Source: an uncultured Pseudomonadales bacterium (GTDB lineage Bacteria > Patescibacteriota > Microgenomatia > UBA1400 > PJMF01). Taken from it: DNA of 64,000 bases. The DNA is taken from the NCBI GenBank assembly GCA_964653045.1, contig CAZZBW010000002.1, positions 298 to 64,297 on the forward strand, given 5' to 3'. Position numbers and translations under genes: made by a program. Below the pieces are notes generated by a model, which was not told the DNA's origin, made no database searches, and saw nothing but the letters and a program-made list of their open reading frames with translations. Positions within the stretch are counted from its first letter, which is position 1. Each line of letters opens with the position of its first letter. This document shows, one piece after another, positions 10,021 through 19,462 of this stretch.

Positions 10021-10701
10021 TTGTACACTGGTACCGTGCAAAATAACACTCCCGAAGGTCAAGAAGTCAAAGTTGGCGCTGAGCTACCCACCGATTCTGC
10101 AAAAGCCGAACCCGAACAGCAAGAATCCCAAAAATCACCCAACAGAACTAGCTTTCCCACTCCCCCTGGTATTGAAATGTCCGAAATTTTTCCTGGAGTA
10201 GTCAAACCAGTGTCAGAGAGAACTATTTATCAATGGCAGTCACCATCGCGGGTGTTTAAAAAACGAACAGGTAAATACTTGACAAATTTGGCCACAATTG
10301 TTTTGCTTCTCTCACTAATCTTGTTTTTTTCCGGTCAAGTCTTGACCGTAGCAGTAGTCTTGTCAGTTGCTTTCATGGCTTACGTCATGACCTCTATCCC
10401 ACCGCATAACATTACCCAAAAAATTACAACTTACGGTATTCGCCAAGAAAAAAAGCTGTATTATTGGGAGGAAATGGGCAGATTTTGGTTTGAAAAGAAA
10501 TATCAACAAATTGTGCTCAAAATTGAGGTCGGACGGTTTCCCAATCAACTTAATCTGGTCATCAATAATGACCAAGAAAAAAACCAGATTCAACAATATC
10601 TCTCAGATGTATTACTCCAGCAAAAGCCCGAACCAACCACCACCGACAAAGTTGCTGATTGGCTAGCCAAAAAATTCCCAATTGATCTTGAGGGGGCATG
10701 A
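10021..10701 (+). CDS. Hypothetical membrane protein with two TM helices; start uncertain
   Basis: WQSPSRVFKKR followed by two hydrophobic helices and a PH-like soluble tail. Confidence 0.7.
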   Translation: MYTGTVQNNTPEGQEVKVGAELPTDSAKAEPEQQESQKSPNRTSFPTPPGIEMSEIFPGVVKPVSERTIYQWQSPSRVFKKRTGKYLTNLATIVLLLSLILFFSGQVLTVAVVLSVAFMAYVMTSIPPHNITQKITTYGIRQEKKLYYWEEMGRFWFEKKYQQIVLKIEVGRFPNQLNLVINNDQEKNQIQQYLSDVLLQQKPEPTTTDKVADWLAKKFPIDLEGA

Positions 10702-10741
10702 TCTGGTACAATACCAGTGGTTGAGAGATCAACGCCGCCGA

Positions 10742-10813
10742 GCACCCATAGTTAAACGGATAGAATAGCGGTTTGCGGAACCGTTGATCCAGGTTCGATT
10801 CCTGGTGGGTGCA
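10742..10813 (+). tRNA. tRNA-Arg (GCG)
   Basis: GCACCCA/TGGGTGC acceptor, GCGGT-TTGCGGA-ACCGT anticodon arm, CCAGG-TTCGATT-CCTGG T arm; CCA not encoded. Confidence 0.93.
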
Positions 10814-10846
10814 CACCTTAAACTTATCAATTAACATAGCATTATT

Positions 10847-11665
10847 ATGGCTAATTGGGACAAAATTCTTAGTCGAGGTAACGTGGAGGATCGAAGATCA
10901 TTTAATCCTGTTGCCGTGGGGAAAATTAGCCTTGTAGGAGTTGCTGCGTTCTTACTGATGAATTACTTGAGTGGCGGTAGTATTGAAGGTGCCATAGTAG
11001 AAATTGGTAAGACAGTTCTAGAACAGCAAGTGAACCAAGTTCAAATTCAAGAAAATCCCGAGTTGGCTGTTGACGATACTTACGAAGTATTTGCTTCCAC
11101 AGTACTTGGATCAAATAACCAATTCTGGAATAATCAACTCCAAATAATTAACCGTGAGTATAGCGAACCCAAGCTAGTGTTATTTCGCGTTGCCACTGAG
11201 TCTGGTTGCGGTGTAGCGGCTTCGCAGATTGGACCGCATTATTGCTCTATTGATAAAACTATTTATCTGGATGAAACATTTTTTGATGAAATGATTAATC
11301 GATTTGGAGCTAAGGGCGGAGATGTTGCCCAAGCATACGTGATCGCCCATGAAGTTGGACATCACGTCCAAAATGTCATGGGCGAATTTGGCCAGAAATC
11401 ACCAATTGAGGCAGAACTCCAAGCTGATTGTTACGCCGGTGCGTGGGCAAACTCAATCAAAGATCAAGGTGTCCTTGAGCCTGGAGAAATTCGTGAGGCA
11501 ATGGATGCCGCAGCTGCTATCGGAGATGACCGAATCCAAGAAAAAACCCAAGGATATGCGAATCCTGAAACTTTTACCCACGGCTCTTCGGAAGAACGAG
11601 AAAAATGGTTTACTGTTGGTTATGATCAAGGAACCATCAGCGCCTGTGACACCACACAAAATTGA
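10847..11665 (+). CDS. Neutral zinc metallopeptidase (YpfJ-like)
   Basis: GPHYC...IYLD, AHEVGHHVQ (HExxH), ELQADCYAG and FTHGS motifs. Confidence 0.92.
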   Translation: MANWDKILSRGNVEDRRSFNPVAVGKISLVGVAAFLLMNYLSGGSIEGAIVEIGKTVLEQQVNQVQIQENPELAVDDTYEVFASTVLGSNNQFWNNQLQIINREYSEPKLVLFRVATESGCGVAASQIGPHYCSIDKTIYLDETFFDEMINRFGAKGGDVAQAYVIAHEVGHHVQNVMGEFGQKSPIEAELQADCYAGAWANSIKDQGVLEPGEIREAMDAAAAIGDDRIQEKTQGYANPETFTHGSSEEREKWFTVGYDQGTISACDTTQN

Positions 11666-11735
11666 TTATTGTCTGTAGACTAGCAGATGATTCTGCAGTA
11701 TTTGAACTAACTGTTACTTTGAAAATCTCAGAAAA

Positions 11736-12839
11736 TTAGTTACAAAGGTGTGTCCAAATTTTATGCTTTAGTTGGGGAATGTTCTGCCCGCCAGCGGCCG
11801 AGAGAGCGAGACTCTCCCGGCCGCTGGCAAACTGCCGGAAATCGGCTAACGTTTTTTTATTAACCAGATCAATTTTGTTGGCAACGAGTAAAACGGGCTG
11901 GTTCGCACCCAGTTTGGTCAAGATTTGATCAACCACCTCAATTTTCTTGGGATATTCTTGATCAGATATGTCCACCATGTGCAGAATCAGTTTGGCTGAC
12001 ATAGATTCGAGCAAAGTGGACTCAAAAGCTTGAATCAACTGCGGTGGTAGCTGATCAATGAAACCAATCGTGTCAGACAAAATAATCGGCAGATTGCCCG
12101 ACGGCGCCTTCATCAAACCGACAACCGTGTCCAGAGTGGTAAACAGCTTGGCGCTGGTGGTTTTATTCTTACCAGTTAGAGCGTTGAACAGGGTCGTTTT
12201 ACCCGCACTGGTATACCCCACCAGCGCCACCGGTCCTAACCCTAGCTCTGAGCGCCGATCAATCCGGTCACCTTTTTGTTTTTTGACTTTGTTCAACCGT
12301 TCGACCAAAAACTGGCGCCGTTTCTTTAGTTGTCTTTTTTCAAACTCAATATTAGTTTCACCTTTTCCCCGGGTGCCAATTCCCCCTCCCTGACGTGACA
12401 GTTCAGTCTCTCCCAGACCGTATATTCGTGGACCTTTGTGATCGAGTTTGGCCAGCTCAATTTGCAGCTTGGCCTCGACTGATCCAGCATGCTTTTCAAA
12501 AATTGCCAAGATCAGATCGACTCGATCCCAAACTTTGATCGCGGGCGCTGTCTGCCACAGCGCCCGCTCCACCCGAAACAGCTGACTTGGTTTGACGATA
12601 TCGTTCACCACTACAATCGCTACCCTTTGACTGACAATTTCTTGCTTCAGCCATTCCAGTTTGCCTTTGCCGATATAACTCCCAGGGTCAGGCTTGACCC
12701 GATGCTGAGTGACTTTGCCCACAATCACACCACCAAGGGTATGAACCAATTGGGTCAGCTCCACCATATTGGCTTTGGCCAAATCATGATGATAATGAGG
12801 ATCAATTACTTGGATAAGTAAACAGCGCGGGTTTTGCAT
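11736..12839 (-). CDS. hflX: GTPase HflX
   Basis: GGGIGTRGKGET, GYTSAGKTT, LFTTLD, DTIGF and NKID motifs; ATG at 12839 preferred. Confidence 0.95.
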   Translation of the reverse strand: MQNPRCLLIQVIDPHYHHDLAKANMVELTQLVHTLGGVIVGKVTQHRVKPDPGSYIGKGKLEWLKQEIVSQRVAIVVVNDIVKPSQLFRVERALWQTAPAIKVWDRVDLILAIFEKHAGSVEAKLQIELAKLDHKGPRIYGLGETELSRQGGGIGTRGKGETNIEFEKRQLKKRRQFLVERLNKVKKQKGDRIDRRSELGLGPVALVGYTSAGKTTLFNALTGKNKTTSAKLFTTLDTVVGLMKAPSGNLPIILSDTIGFIDQLPPQLIQAFESTLLESMSAKLILHMVDISDQEYPKKIEVVDQILTKLGANQPVLLVANKIDLVNKKTLADFRQFASGRESLALSAAGGQNIPQLKHKIWTHLCN

Positions 12840-12896
12840 GACTAAGGCGGTATAATAAACTACTATCACCTCAAACAGCAAATGGTGTTAACAATA

Positions 12897-12959
12897 GGAA
12901 GCGTCGCACCTGCCCGAATGCGTACGCATAGCGTTGTAGGCGGGTAGCGGTCAATTGCA
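12897..12959 (+). repeat. Copy of tRNA-Ser nt 1-27 interrupted by a 36-bp palindromic element (12909-12944)
   Basis: GGAAGCGTCGCA + CCTGCCCGAATGCGTACGCATAGCGTTGTAGGCGGG + TAGCGGTCAATTGCA; same insertion point as 3935-3996. Confidence 0.9.
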
Positions 12960-12980
12960 TTATAATAAAAACATTAAATT

Positions 12981-13068
12981 GGAAGCGTCGCATAGCGGTC
13001 AATTGCACTGGTTTCGAAAACCAGAGCCTTCACCGGCTTCGTGGGTTCGAATCCCACCGCTTCCGCCA
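12981..13068 (+). tRNA. tRNA-Ser (CGA)
   Basis: CTGGT-TTCGAAA-ACCAG anticodon arm, long variable arm, CCA end; TATAAT at 12961. Confidence 0.96.
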
Positions 13069-13217
13069 TTCTCCGTCAAACTCAGAATGTCACTGAGTGA
13101 CGAGCGAGAACTGAAAGTCCAAACATCGACTATGTAAGTGATGAATACCCTTGACAAGACAGTTATAATTTTATCGTTATATATCATTAAGTGTCGAAGT
13201 ATTGCCAGTCGAAAAAT

Positions 13218-13550
13218 ATGCCAATAAATCCAGAAAGACTTAAATCACAAAACTCTGAAGCTGAATTGAGAGACAAGGGCTTATTGCATGACGATGAAAC
13301 TATTCAGGTTGTACATTGGAAATACTTCAGTCTTCAACCAAGATATGGCAAGCTCACCAATGTTAATTCGATAATTATTATCGACCAAAGTTCTGGTGAA
13401 ACCAAGTATTATCGACTCAATCACAACCAATGGCGCGTCACCCAGCTCGAAGAAGGAAAAAAAGTTGTCCGCTCAGATGCGCACAATCGAGAATTCATAT
13501 TTAGAGTTGGGTGCAAACTAAGCGCACGCTTAATAGTGCCAAAAAGATAA
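13218..13550 (+). CDS. Hypothetical protein
   Basis: ORF starting MPINPER, downstream of TTGACA at 13151; no recognisable motif. Confidence 0.6.
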   Translation: MPINPERLKSQNSEAELRDKGLLHDDETIQVVHWKYFSLQPRYGKLTNVNSIIIIDQSSGETKYYRLNHNQWRVTQLEEGKKVVRSDAHNREFIFRVGCKLSARLIVPKR

Positions 13551-13630
13551 AACCTGCCTTGACATAAAGTTATTAATTTCATCAACAATCAAAAGGGAAA
13601 TCCCAAATAATTTTTAACAAGAATCAAATC

Positions 13631-14032
13631 ATGGCGAGAAGAAATATCGAGCGCAGCGGGCAATCAAGATTTGTCTTCGACGAAAAAGATAGATTGAAAC
13701 TTCCAAATAATTCTGGGTTTGATACTCTACCACCTATTAAAGAACAAAAACCAGAAGTGGTAAGCTATTTATTTGCCCCTGGGAAAAAAATTTGGATGTA
13801 TTCCAAACAAGCCAAAAAAATCGCAGTGACCGTATTTCAAGCCAGCCTTGTTGCCCGCGCAACCGGCACAGTCGATCAACAAGGCAGAAGAAAATTCCAG
13901 GTCTCATACCCAGCAACCATAAAATGGCCAAGTGGAAAAGTTTGGCAATTGCATTCTGGAGATGTCTTTTGGGCAAAACCTTCTGATGCAGAGAGACAGT
14001 TAAATTATCAACCACCACAACCTGATAGATAA
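13631..14032 (+). CDS. Hypothetical basic protein
   Basis: 133-aa ORF downstream of TTGACA at 13559. Confidence 0.65.
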   Translation: MARRNIERSGQSRFVFDEKDRLKLPNNSGFDTLPPIKEQKPEVVSYLFAPGKKIWMYSKQAKKIAVTVFQASLVARATGTVDQQGRRKFQVSYPATIKWPSGKVWQLHSGDVFWAKPSDAERQLNYQPPQPDR

Positions 14033-14123
14033 TATCTATACACTTTTTTTAATAGGCGGGTGAAATAATCAAGAAAAGAGAAAATCCTTGATATTAGATT
14101 TGTATGGTAAAATATCTTTTGTT

Positions 14124-15209
14124 ATGTTTATAAGAGATATTGAACTTAGCAAGCGAATGGAGTCTCCTCCCTCACCAATTCATGGCGACCAACTTGAACA
14201 AATTTCTTTTGAATCAATGCGGGCCAAGCATGGTGGTCGGTTTTTTCCAAGAAAGTCCTTAGAAATACTTCATCAAAATAATCAAACTTGTATGGCCATT
14301 GATATTGGCGGCACTAAAATGAGTGTCTCTAAGATTACATTTAAAAACGGCTCGCCAGTGATTTCAGAAGTTGTTACGCATCAAACTATTGACAAAGGGG
14401 CTGATTTTTTTCCGATTCTTCAGCAACTTGCTGGTAAATTTTCTGGTAATATTGCTATCTCAATCGCTGGAGAAGTCGACGATGACGAAAAAACTATCGG
14501 ACCATTACCAAATTTACCAGGATTGATCAACGCGCTAGGTGGTCGTAGATCTTTTTCTGAAATTTTTGGCGATCGATACAGATTAGCCAACGATGCGAAA
14601 TGTGGGTTAATTGCGGTAGCCACAGCTTGTCAGGCTAATCAAATAGAACAATCGAACGTAGTTTTTATGATTGATGGTACCGGAATTGGCGGCGCCGTAC
14701 TATATGAGGACGGTAGAATCATTCAACTTGAGCCAGGTCATGTACTTCACGTACCCGCGCTCAATCCAAATGGTCACCAACAAGCTTGTGACCCAGAATC
14801 GAAAAGGTTTGACACTTGTCTAGAAAGAATTGGCAGTCACGGTGCTGGAATAGTGGCTCAGTGGAACTCACTTCACCCGGAATTACTGATTCAAAACGGT
14901 CGTGAACTGCTCGATCTGGCTAATTCTGGTGAAGAAGACGCAATAAATTTACTCATACTCTCAACGCAAATTGTAGCTACGATTAGTGCTGGAATTGTGA
15001 ACGCAAGTCATTTGGCTCCAAATCAAACTGTGGTTGTGTTGGGTGGTGGGGCCAGCCATATTCCCATGAGAGTTAAGCGAATCGAACAAACTCTGCGTGC
15101 TCACTTCCGCCTCGCTAATCTGCCTGTCATTTCAGCTGATCACTTGGGAATTGATAATCCCTCTCTTTACGGCGCAGCGGTACTAGCCGGACTAATGAAA
15201 ACCGAGTAA
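14124..15209 (+). CDS. ROK family sugar kinase-like protein
   Basis: AIDIGGTK, ANDAKC, GTGIGGA, LEPGH, CLE and VVLGGG motifs; start uncertain (14088 or 14124). Confidence 0.85.
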   Translation: MFIRDIELSKRMESPPSPIHGDQLEQISFESMRAKHGGRFFPRKSLEILHQNNQTCMAIDIGGTKMSVSKITFKNGSPVISEVVTHQTIDKGADFFPILQQLAGKFSGNIAISIAGEVDDDEKTIGPLPNLPGLINALGGRRSFSEIFGDRYRLANDAKCGLIAVATACQANQIEQSNVVFMIDGTGIGGAVLYEDGRIIQLEPGHVLHVPALNPNGHQQACDPESKRFDTCLERIGSHGAGIVAQWNSLHPELLIQNGRELLDLANSGEEDAINLLILSTQIVATISAGIVNASHLAPNQTVVVLGGGASHIPMRVKRIEQTLRAHFRLANLPVISADHLGIDNPSLYGAAVLAGLMKTE

Positions 15210-15214
15210 AAATC

Positions 15215-16525
15215 TTACTTTTTCCTAGGCAAGCGGGACAATCTTCCAGCAGAATCAATTGCTGCCACCACTTGTTTTTTGGGTAATTTTAAGCCAGTAA
15301 TCTTTTTGAATAACTTTCTCGGATCAAGCTGAGGGAGAAGATGCTTGCCAATTTGTTTACGTAAATCTTTCGTATTGGGATACTTCATCATTAAATAAAC
15401 CATGTAGGCAACAAAGTCATCAACGTTTAGCACCTCCACTCGTTTTTCTCCTCCGTCTTCTGCATCCACCTCAGTATTATTTTGAGGCAAGGTGCTACTC
15501 ACCATCACGATTTTGACTAAGTCATTTGCGAGTAACTTAGGTAAATTTTGCTCACAATCGCCGCAAAATATGGCATGTGAAGCACAAACCAGTATTTCTT
15601 TGGCGCCTGCGGCACCCAACAACTCCACCGTTTTCACCAACGTCCCACCACTGCTGATCATGTCATCAAACAACACCACTCTTTTGCCTGACACATCGCC
15701 ATATACTAGTTCATGCTCGGTTCTCGATTTAGTGCCATTCCCCATTGGGATTCTTCTCTTATTAATTATTCCAATTTCAAAACCATCCTCTGTGCTCAAT
15801 TTATGAGCTAAAGCCAGATTGCCCAAATCCACGCCAACTACGATGGTTTCTAAACTATCGTCTAACAAGCCTCTGCTTTTTAGGGTATCAATCATTAATC
15901 TGGCAGTAGTAATGTTAATTACTTCAAGACCTCTCTCAATTAATTGGTTAGCAGCTATCCCACTGTGACCATCGATTGTAACAACTCGCTTCACTCCTGC
16001 TGCTTGCAAAAGATTGGCTACTACTCCTGACCAAGGAGTTTGTTCAGCGACCATGGCAACAGGTTCAACACCTGGTTTGGGAGCAATTCCCAGCTTATCA
16101 TACTCAGTTGCCGAAATTGGCAAAACTGAAGCGCGATCCTGGCGAAAATCAGCCATTACTAACAAAGCGCTTAAATTACTGGCGATTTCTCCAAGACCTT
16201 GTCCACGATCGAGAGAAAGTGATTGAAGATATACTAAATCTTGGACGAAACTTTGCCAATTATCACCATTCATAATCAATGGCACCACAACTTGTGCGGT
16301 TTCAGTCAGAAGCGAGTGAGCCAAAACAAGCGGCATACCATTATTGAAAGACTCTACCAATAGGGAGAATTGCGTGAAAAATTCCTTTAATCTTTGCGCC
16401 AGCTCGGGAGCTCGAGTTTCAAAGCTGTTCAGCAATAAGACTTGAGCTAACTCAGGAGCAACAGTGGATAATGCGAAAGAATCACTTGATCTGCGACTAT
16501 GTCTCAATCTTTCATCACGACTCAT
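15215..16525 (-). CDS. Divergent ribose-phosphate pyrophosphokinase (PRPP synthetase)-like protein
   Basis: RQDR, TIDGHS, VGVDLG, INKRR, GDVSGKRVVLFDDMISSGGTL and ASHAIF motifs; atypical N-terminus. Confidence 0.8.
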   Translation of the reverse strand: MSRDERLRHSRRSSDSFALSTVAPELAQVLLLNSFETRAPELAQRLKEFFTQFSLLVESFNNGMPLVLAHSLLTETAQVVVPLIMNGDNWQSFVQDLVYLQSLSLDRGQGLGEIASNLSALLVMADFRQDRASVLPISATEYDKLGIAPKPGVEPVAMVAEQTPWSGVVANLLQAAGVKRVVTIDGHSGIAANQLIERGLEVINITTARLMIDTLKSRGLLDDSLETIVVGVDLGNLALAHKLSTEDGFEIGIINKRRIPMGNGTKSRTEHELVYGDVSGKRVVLFDDMISSGGTLVKTVELLGAAGAKEILVCASHAIFCGDCEQNLPKLLANDLVKIVMVSSTLPQNNTEVDAEDGGEKRVEVLNVDDFVAYMVYLMMKYPNTKDLRKQIGKHLLPQLDPRKLFKKITGLKLPKKQVVAAIDSAGRLSRLPRKK

Positions 16526-16683
16526 ATGCTCAAACCACAGGCAGATCAGTAGATAGTTGCCAAAAATAGTAACACCACCTCAGTAAATTGGCAATGTCTA
16601 AAAATACCGGAATTGATCCAGTTGTGAAAGTGCGAAGATAATGCTAAACTAAGACATTATTATATACCCTACAGGAGTATCCT

Positions 16684-17292
16684 ATGTCATTTCAATTACC
16701 CAAATTACCGTACCAATATAACGCGCTCGAACCATATTTTGACGCTCAGACTATGGAGTTACATCACACCAAGCATCACCAAACATATACCGATAAGTTA
16801 AATCTGGCTGTTGCAGGAACCGAGTGGGAAAGTAAATCTGCCGAGTGGCTAGTCAGCAATCTCAATCAACTGCCGGAAAAAATACGGGGAGCGGTGAGAA
16901 ATCATGGCGGGGGCTTTGTCAATCATAATTTGTTTTGGCAGATGCTCTCGCCCGAGTTTGATCAAACGCCCCCGCCAGAATTAATGGAACTATTGGAAAA
17001 GCAGTTTGGCAGTTACGAAAATTTCCAAGAAAAATTCAGTACCGCTGCCAAAACTCATTTTGGCAGCGGCTGGGCATGGCTGGTACAAAAACCATCTGGG
17101 GAGCTCGATGTCTACTCGCTCCCCAATCAGGACTGCCCTATTACCATGGATGACGTCCCATTACTCACTCTAGATTTGTGGGAACACGCTTATTATCTTA
17201 AATACCAGAATCGCCGCGATGAGTACATCGCCAACTTTTGGCACGTCGTCAACTGGCAGCAAGTTGCAAAAAATTTGGCCAGCTCAAACTAA
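16684..17292 (+). CDS. sodA: Superoxide dismutase, Mn-type residues
   Basis: LEPY, HHTKHHQTY, NHGGGFVNH, FGSGWAWL, PNQD and DLWEHAYY motifs. Confidence 0.96.
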   Translation: MSFQLPKLPYQYNALEPYFDAQTMELHHTKHHQTYTDKLNLAVAGTEWESKSAEWLVSNLNQLPEKIRGAVRNHGGGFVNHNLFWQMLSPEFDQTPPPELMELLEKQFGSYENFQEKFSTAAKTHFGSGWAWLVQKPSGELDVYSLPNQDCPITMDDVPLLTLDLWEHAYYLKYQNRRDEYIANFWHVVNWQQVAKNLASSN

Positions 17293-17294
17293 AG

Positions 17295-18365
17295 TTATTT
17301 TATTAACCAACGCAAAGTAACCACATAAATTAACCAGCTGATAATTTTTTGCCAAAAGTTAATAATGAGACGGTCAATGATAACAATAGTACTGACAACT
17401 TTATGTGCGAAACTGTCATCCTTATTATCTTCGATCGTATCCAAGTCGGTACTCACACCTAATACCACTGGCTCGCTTAAACCAATTTCTTTGGCACTAC
17501 CAAACTTGAGTTGATTAGATGCTTGCTCAATCGCAATTAGATTTTCTTCTTTGATTAGCTGAGACTGCTGGTCATTATTCTGGGGTACCACCGATTCCGG
17601 CACGATCAGATAACTAGCCGTAGTTAGATCTTTGAGCAAGTTAGTGCCTTCGCCATTATTTTCCAACACTAGCGATGAAGGCAAGAATCTAACTTGGGTT
17701 AATCCAGCCTGCTTTGCTTTAAATACAGCAGTAGCAAACACTCCCCGCTCGGCAAAAAAACCGGGGTTGGGTAAACCCCCACTAATCCGGCCATACCCAA
17801 GCTCATTATCAATTTGCTTCTGAATAAAAATACTGGCAAAAGAATCTTGTGTGACTATGTCAACTAACTCTAACGATCGAGGATCGAACACAAAATCAGA
17901 CTGAATGGCATTAATCGGTTTCTTTATCCCAACCAGCTCGATCGGCATGAGAAAGGTTTCACCAATTGCGTATTGCCCTTCAGATGGAATCACAAAAGTA
18001 ATAGTTTTTTCGGTTAAATTAAACCCAGATCGAGCAAGAATTGTTCCCTCTAGCACCACCATCCCCATAGAAACCATGGAAATGAGTAAGATCAAAAATG
18101 CATTTAAAATACTGGAACGAAAGTTTTTCGGTGCAGAAACTTTTTCATCAGAAACATAACTCCGACAAAAAGGACAGACATCGCCTGTCTTACGTGTTTG
18201 GCACATCAGACAAGGAATTGATCCAGGAGCAAGTAACCACCAAACCGGGTACATTAGCGCCAAAAAGACCCCAAAAAAAGCTAGCAAATGTCCCAAGAAA
18301 AACGAGGCAATCACTAACGCGAACAGGCGAAAAAAGATGGTCAGAATCGAGGCTCGCTGTTGCAT
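17295..18365 (-). CDS. Membrane protein with a CxxC...CxxC knuckle and a cohesin-like domain
   Basis: TM-CLMC...CPFC-TM, then GETF...INAIQSDFVFDPRSLELVDI...FATAVFKAKQAG (cohesin-like pattern). Confidence 0.7.
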   Translation of the reverse strand: MQQRASILTIFFRLFALVIASFFLGHLLAFFGVFLALMYPVWWLLAPGSIPCLMCQTRKTGDVCPFCRSYVSDEKVSAPKNFRSSILNAFLILLISMVSMGMVVLEGTILARSGFNLTEKTITFVIPSEGQYAIGETFLMPIELVGIKKPINAIQSDFVFDPRSLELVDIVTQDSFASIFIQKQIDNELGYGRISGGLPNPGFFAERGVFATAVFKAKQAGLTQVRFLPSSLVLENNGEGTNLLKDLTTASYLIVPESVVPQNNDQQSQLIKEENLIAIEQASNQLKFGSAKEIGLSEPVVLGVSTDLDTIEDNKDDSFAHKVVSTIVIIDRLIINFWQKIISWLIYVVTLRWLIK

Positions 18366-18391
18366 TTTTAGCTGATACTAAATAATACCAC

Positions 18392-19447
18392 TTATTCCTT
18401 CTCTACCCAATACATTAAAATTGAAAAATCAATAATATCGCAGCGTTGGTCCGCATTCAGATCGCAGGTTGCTAAATTCTGTTTCACTGGATAGTAGGCA
18501 TTCCACCAATGCTCTGATATCCGGTCAAGCATAAATGGATCTAATCTTCCAGATTGATTAAAATCATACTGACGCAAAATTTCGGGGAGCGACTCAACAG
18601 TTGGTGCAACAACTACATTCGGTTGACCAAAATCGAGTTTACCATCGCTGATTACCGTTGGCGCTGGTGTCATGACTGAATCTGTCGTTCCTTCACCTTC
18701 ATCATCGCTGTCGTCACCAGCTCCTGGGGATTGAGTGGGAGTGGGCGTGGGTAAAGGAGTTGGAGTTGGCGACGGGACTTGAAAGAACAGCACGCTGAAA
18801 CTCCCTACATTAATTTCTTGGCTAGCAAACCCATGATAAATGACTGTGGCGACAACTGGGAAAGTTACACCGGGCTGAAGATTAACAGCTGAGATTGATC
18901 CCGACCAATACCCTTGCTCACCAGCGGTGAATGAGAGAAAGTAATCAGCGCCAACCATCAGCTCCACCACACTTCCTGGTGGAGCCCAACCAGAAATTAG
19001 CAGTTGCTCATCGGGTAAAACCTGAGTGGCAGAGAGCTCAGCTGTAGGGGGAAAAACTATGTTCGAGAGGGTAGTCTCGACAGTTGGAGTGAGATAGACT
19101 GAGTACTCGACTGTGTCGGTCATCGATCCAGATGGAAGGTGAGTGGAACTCAACTGAAAAACTTTGTTTTCTGGGGTCTGAGCGGTAAGGGTTTTGGTGA
19201 AAAAACCTTGCTCGTCACTAAGAGCCGTGCCGACGGCCACGCCGTTTTCTTTGATGGTCACTAATGAGTTTGGCGCTGTCCAGCCGGAAAAAGTGACAAC
19301 CGTGTCACCGACGTCAATACTGAGAGTCAGCTCAGTTTGAGCTTTAGCGGAAGATAAACCACCCCACATGCCCACAATTACCAAAAAAATTCCTATCCAA
19401 AATTTCACTCTTAAGTTCAAAAACAGCGGGCAGATGCGCGTGCTCAT
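18392..19447 (-). CDS. Secreted Ig-like protein with PT linker and C-terminal dockerin-like domain
   Basis: Signal peptide; two Ig-like repeats (FSGWTAPNS, ISGWAPPGS); two EF-hand-like loops DFNQSGRLD and DLNADQRCDIIDFSIL. Confidence 0.72.
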   Translation of the reverse strand: MSTRICPLFLNLRVKFWIGIFLVIVGMWGGLSSAKAQTELTLSIDVGDTVVTFSGWTAPNSLVTIKENGVAVGTALSDEQGFFTKTLTAQTPENKVFQLSSTHLPSGSMTDTVEYSVYLTPTVETTLSNIVFPPTAELSATQVLPDEQLLISGWAPPGSVVELMVGADYFLSFTAGEQGYWSGSISAVNLQPGVTFPVVATVIYHGFASQEINVGSFSVLFFQVPSPTPTPLPTPTPTQSPGAGDDSDDEGEGTTDSVMTPAPTVISDGKLDFGQPNVVVAPTVESLPEILRQYDFNQSGRLDPFMLDRISEHWWNAYYPVKQNLATCDLNADQRCDIIDFSILMYWVEKE

Positions 19448-19462
19448 GGCAAATAATCTTCC

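Noticed and set aside
10562-13187. ORFs 10562-10837, 12955-13137 and 12999-13187
   Set aside because: They overlap tRNA genes and are shadow translations
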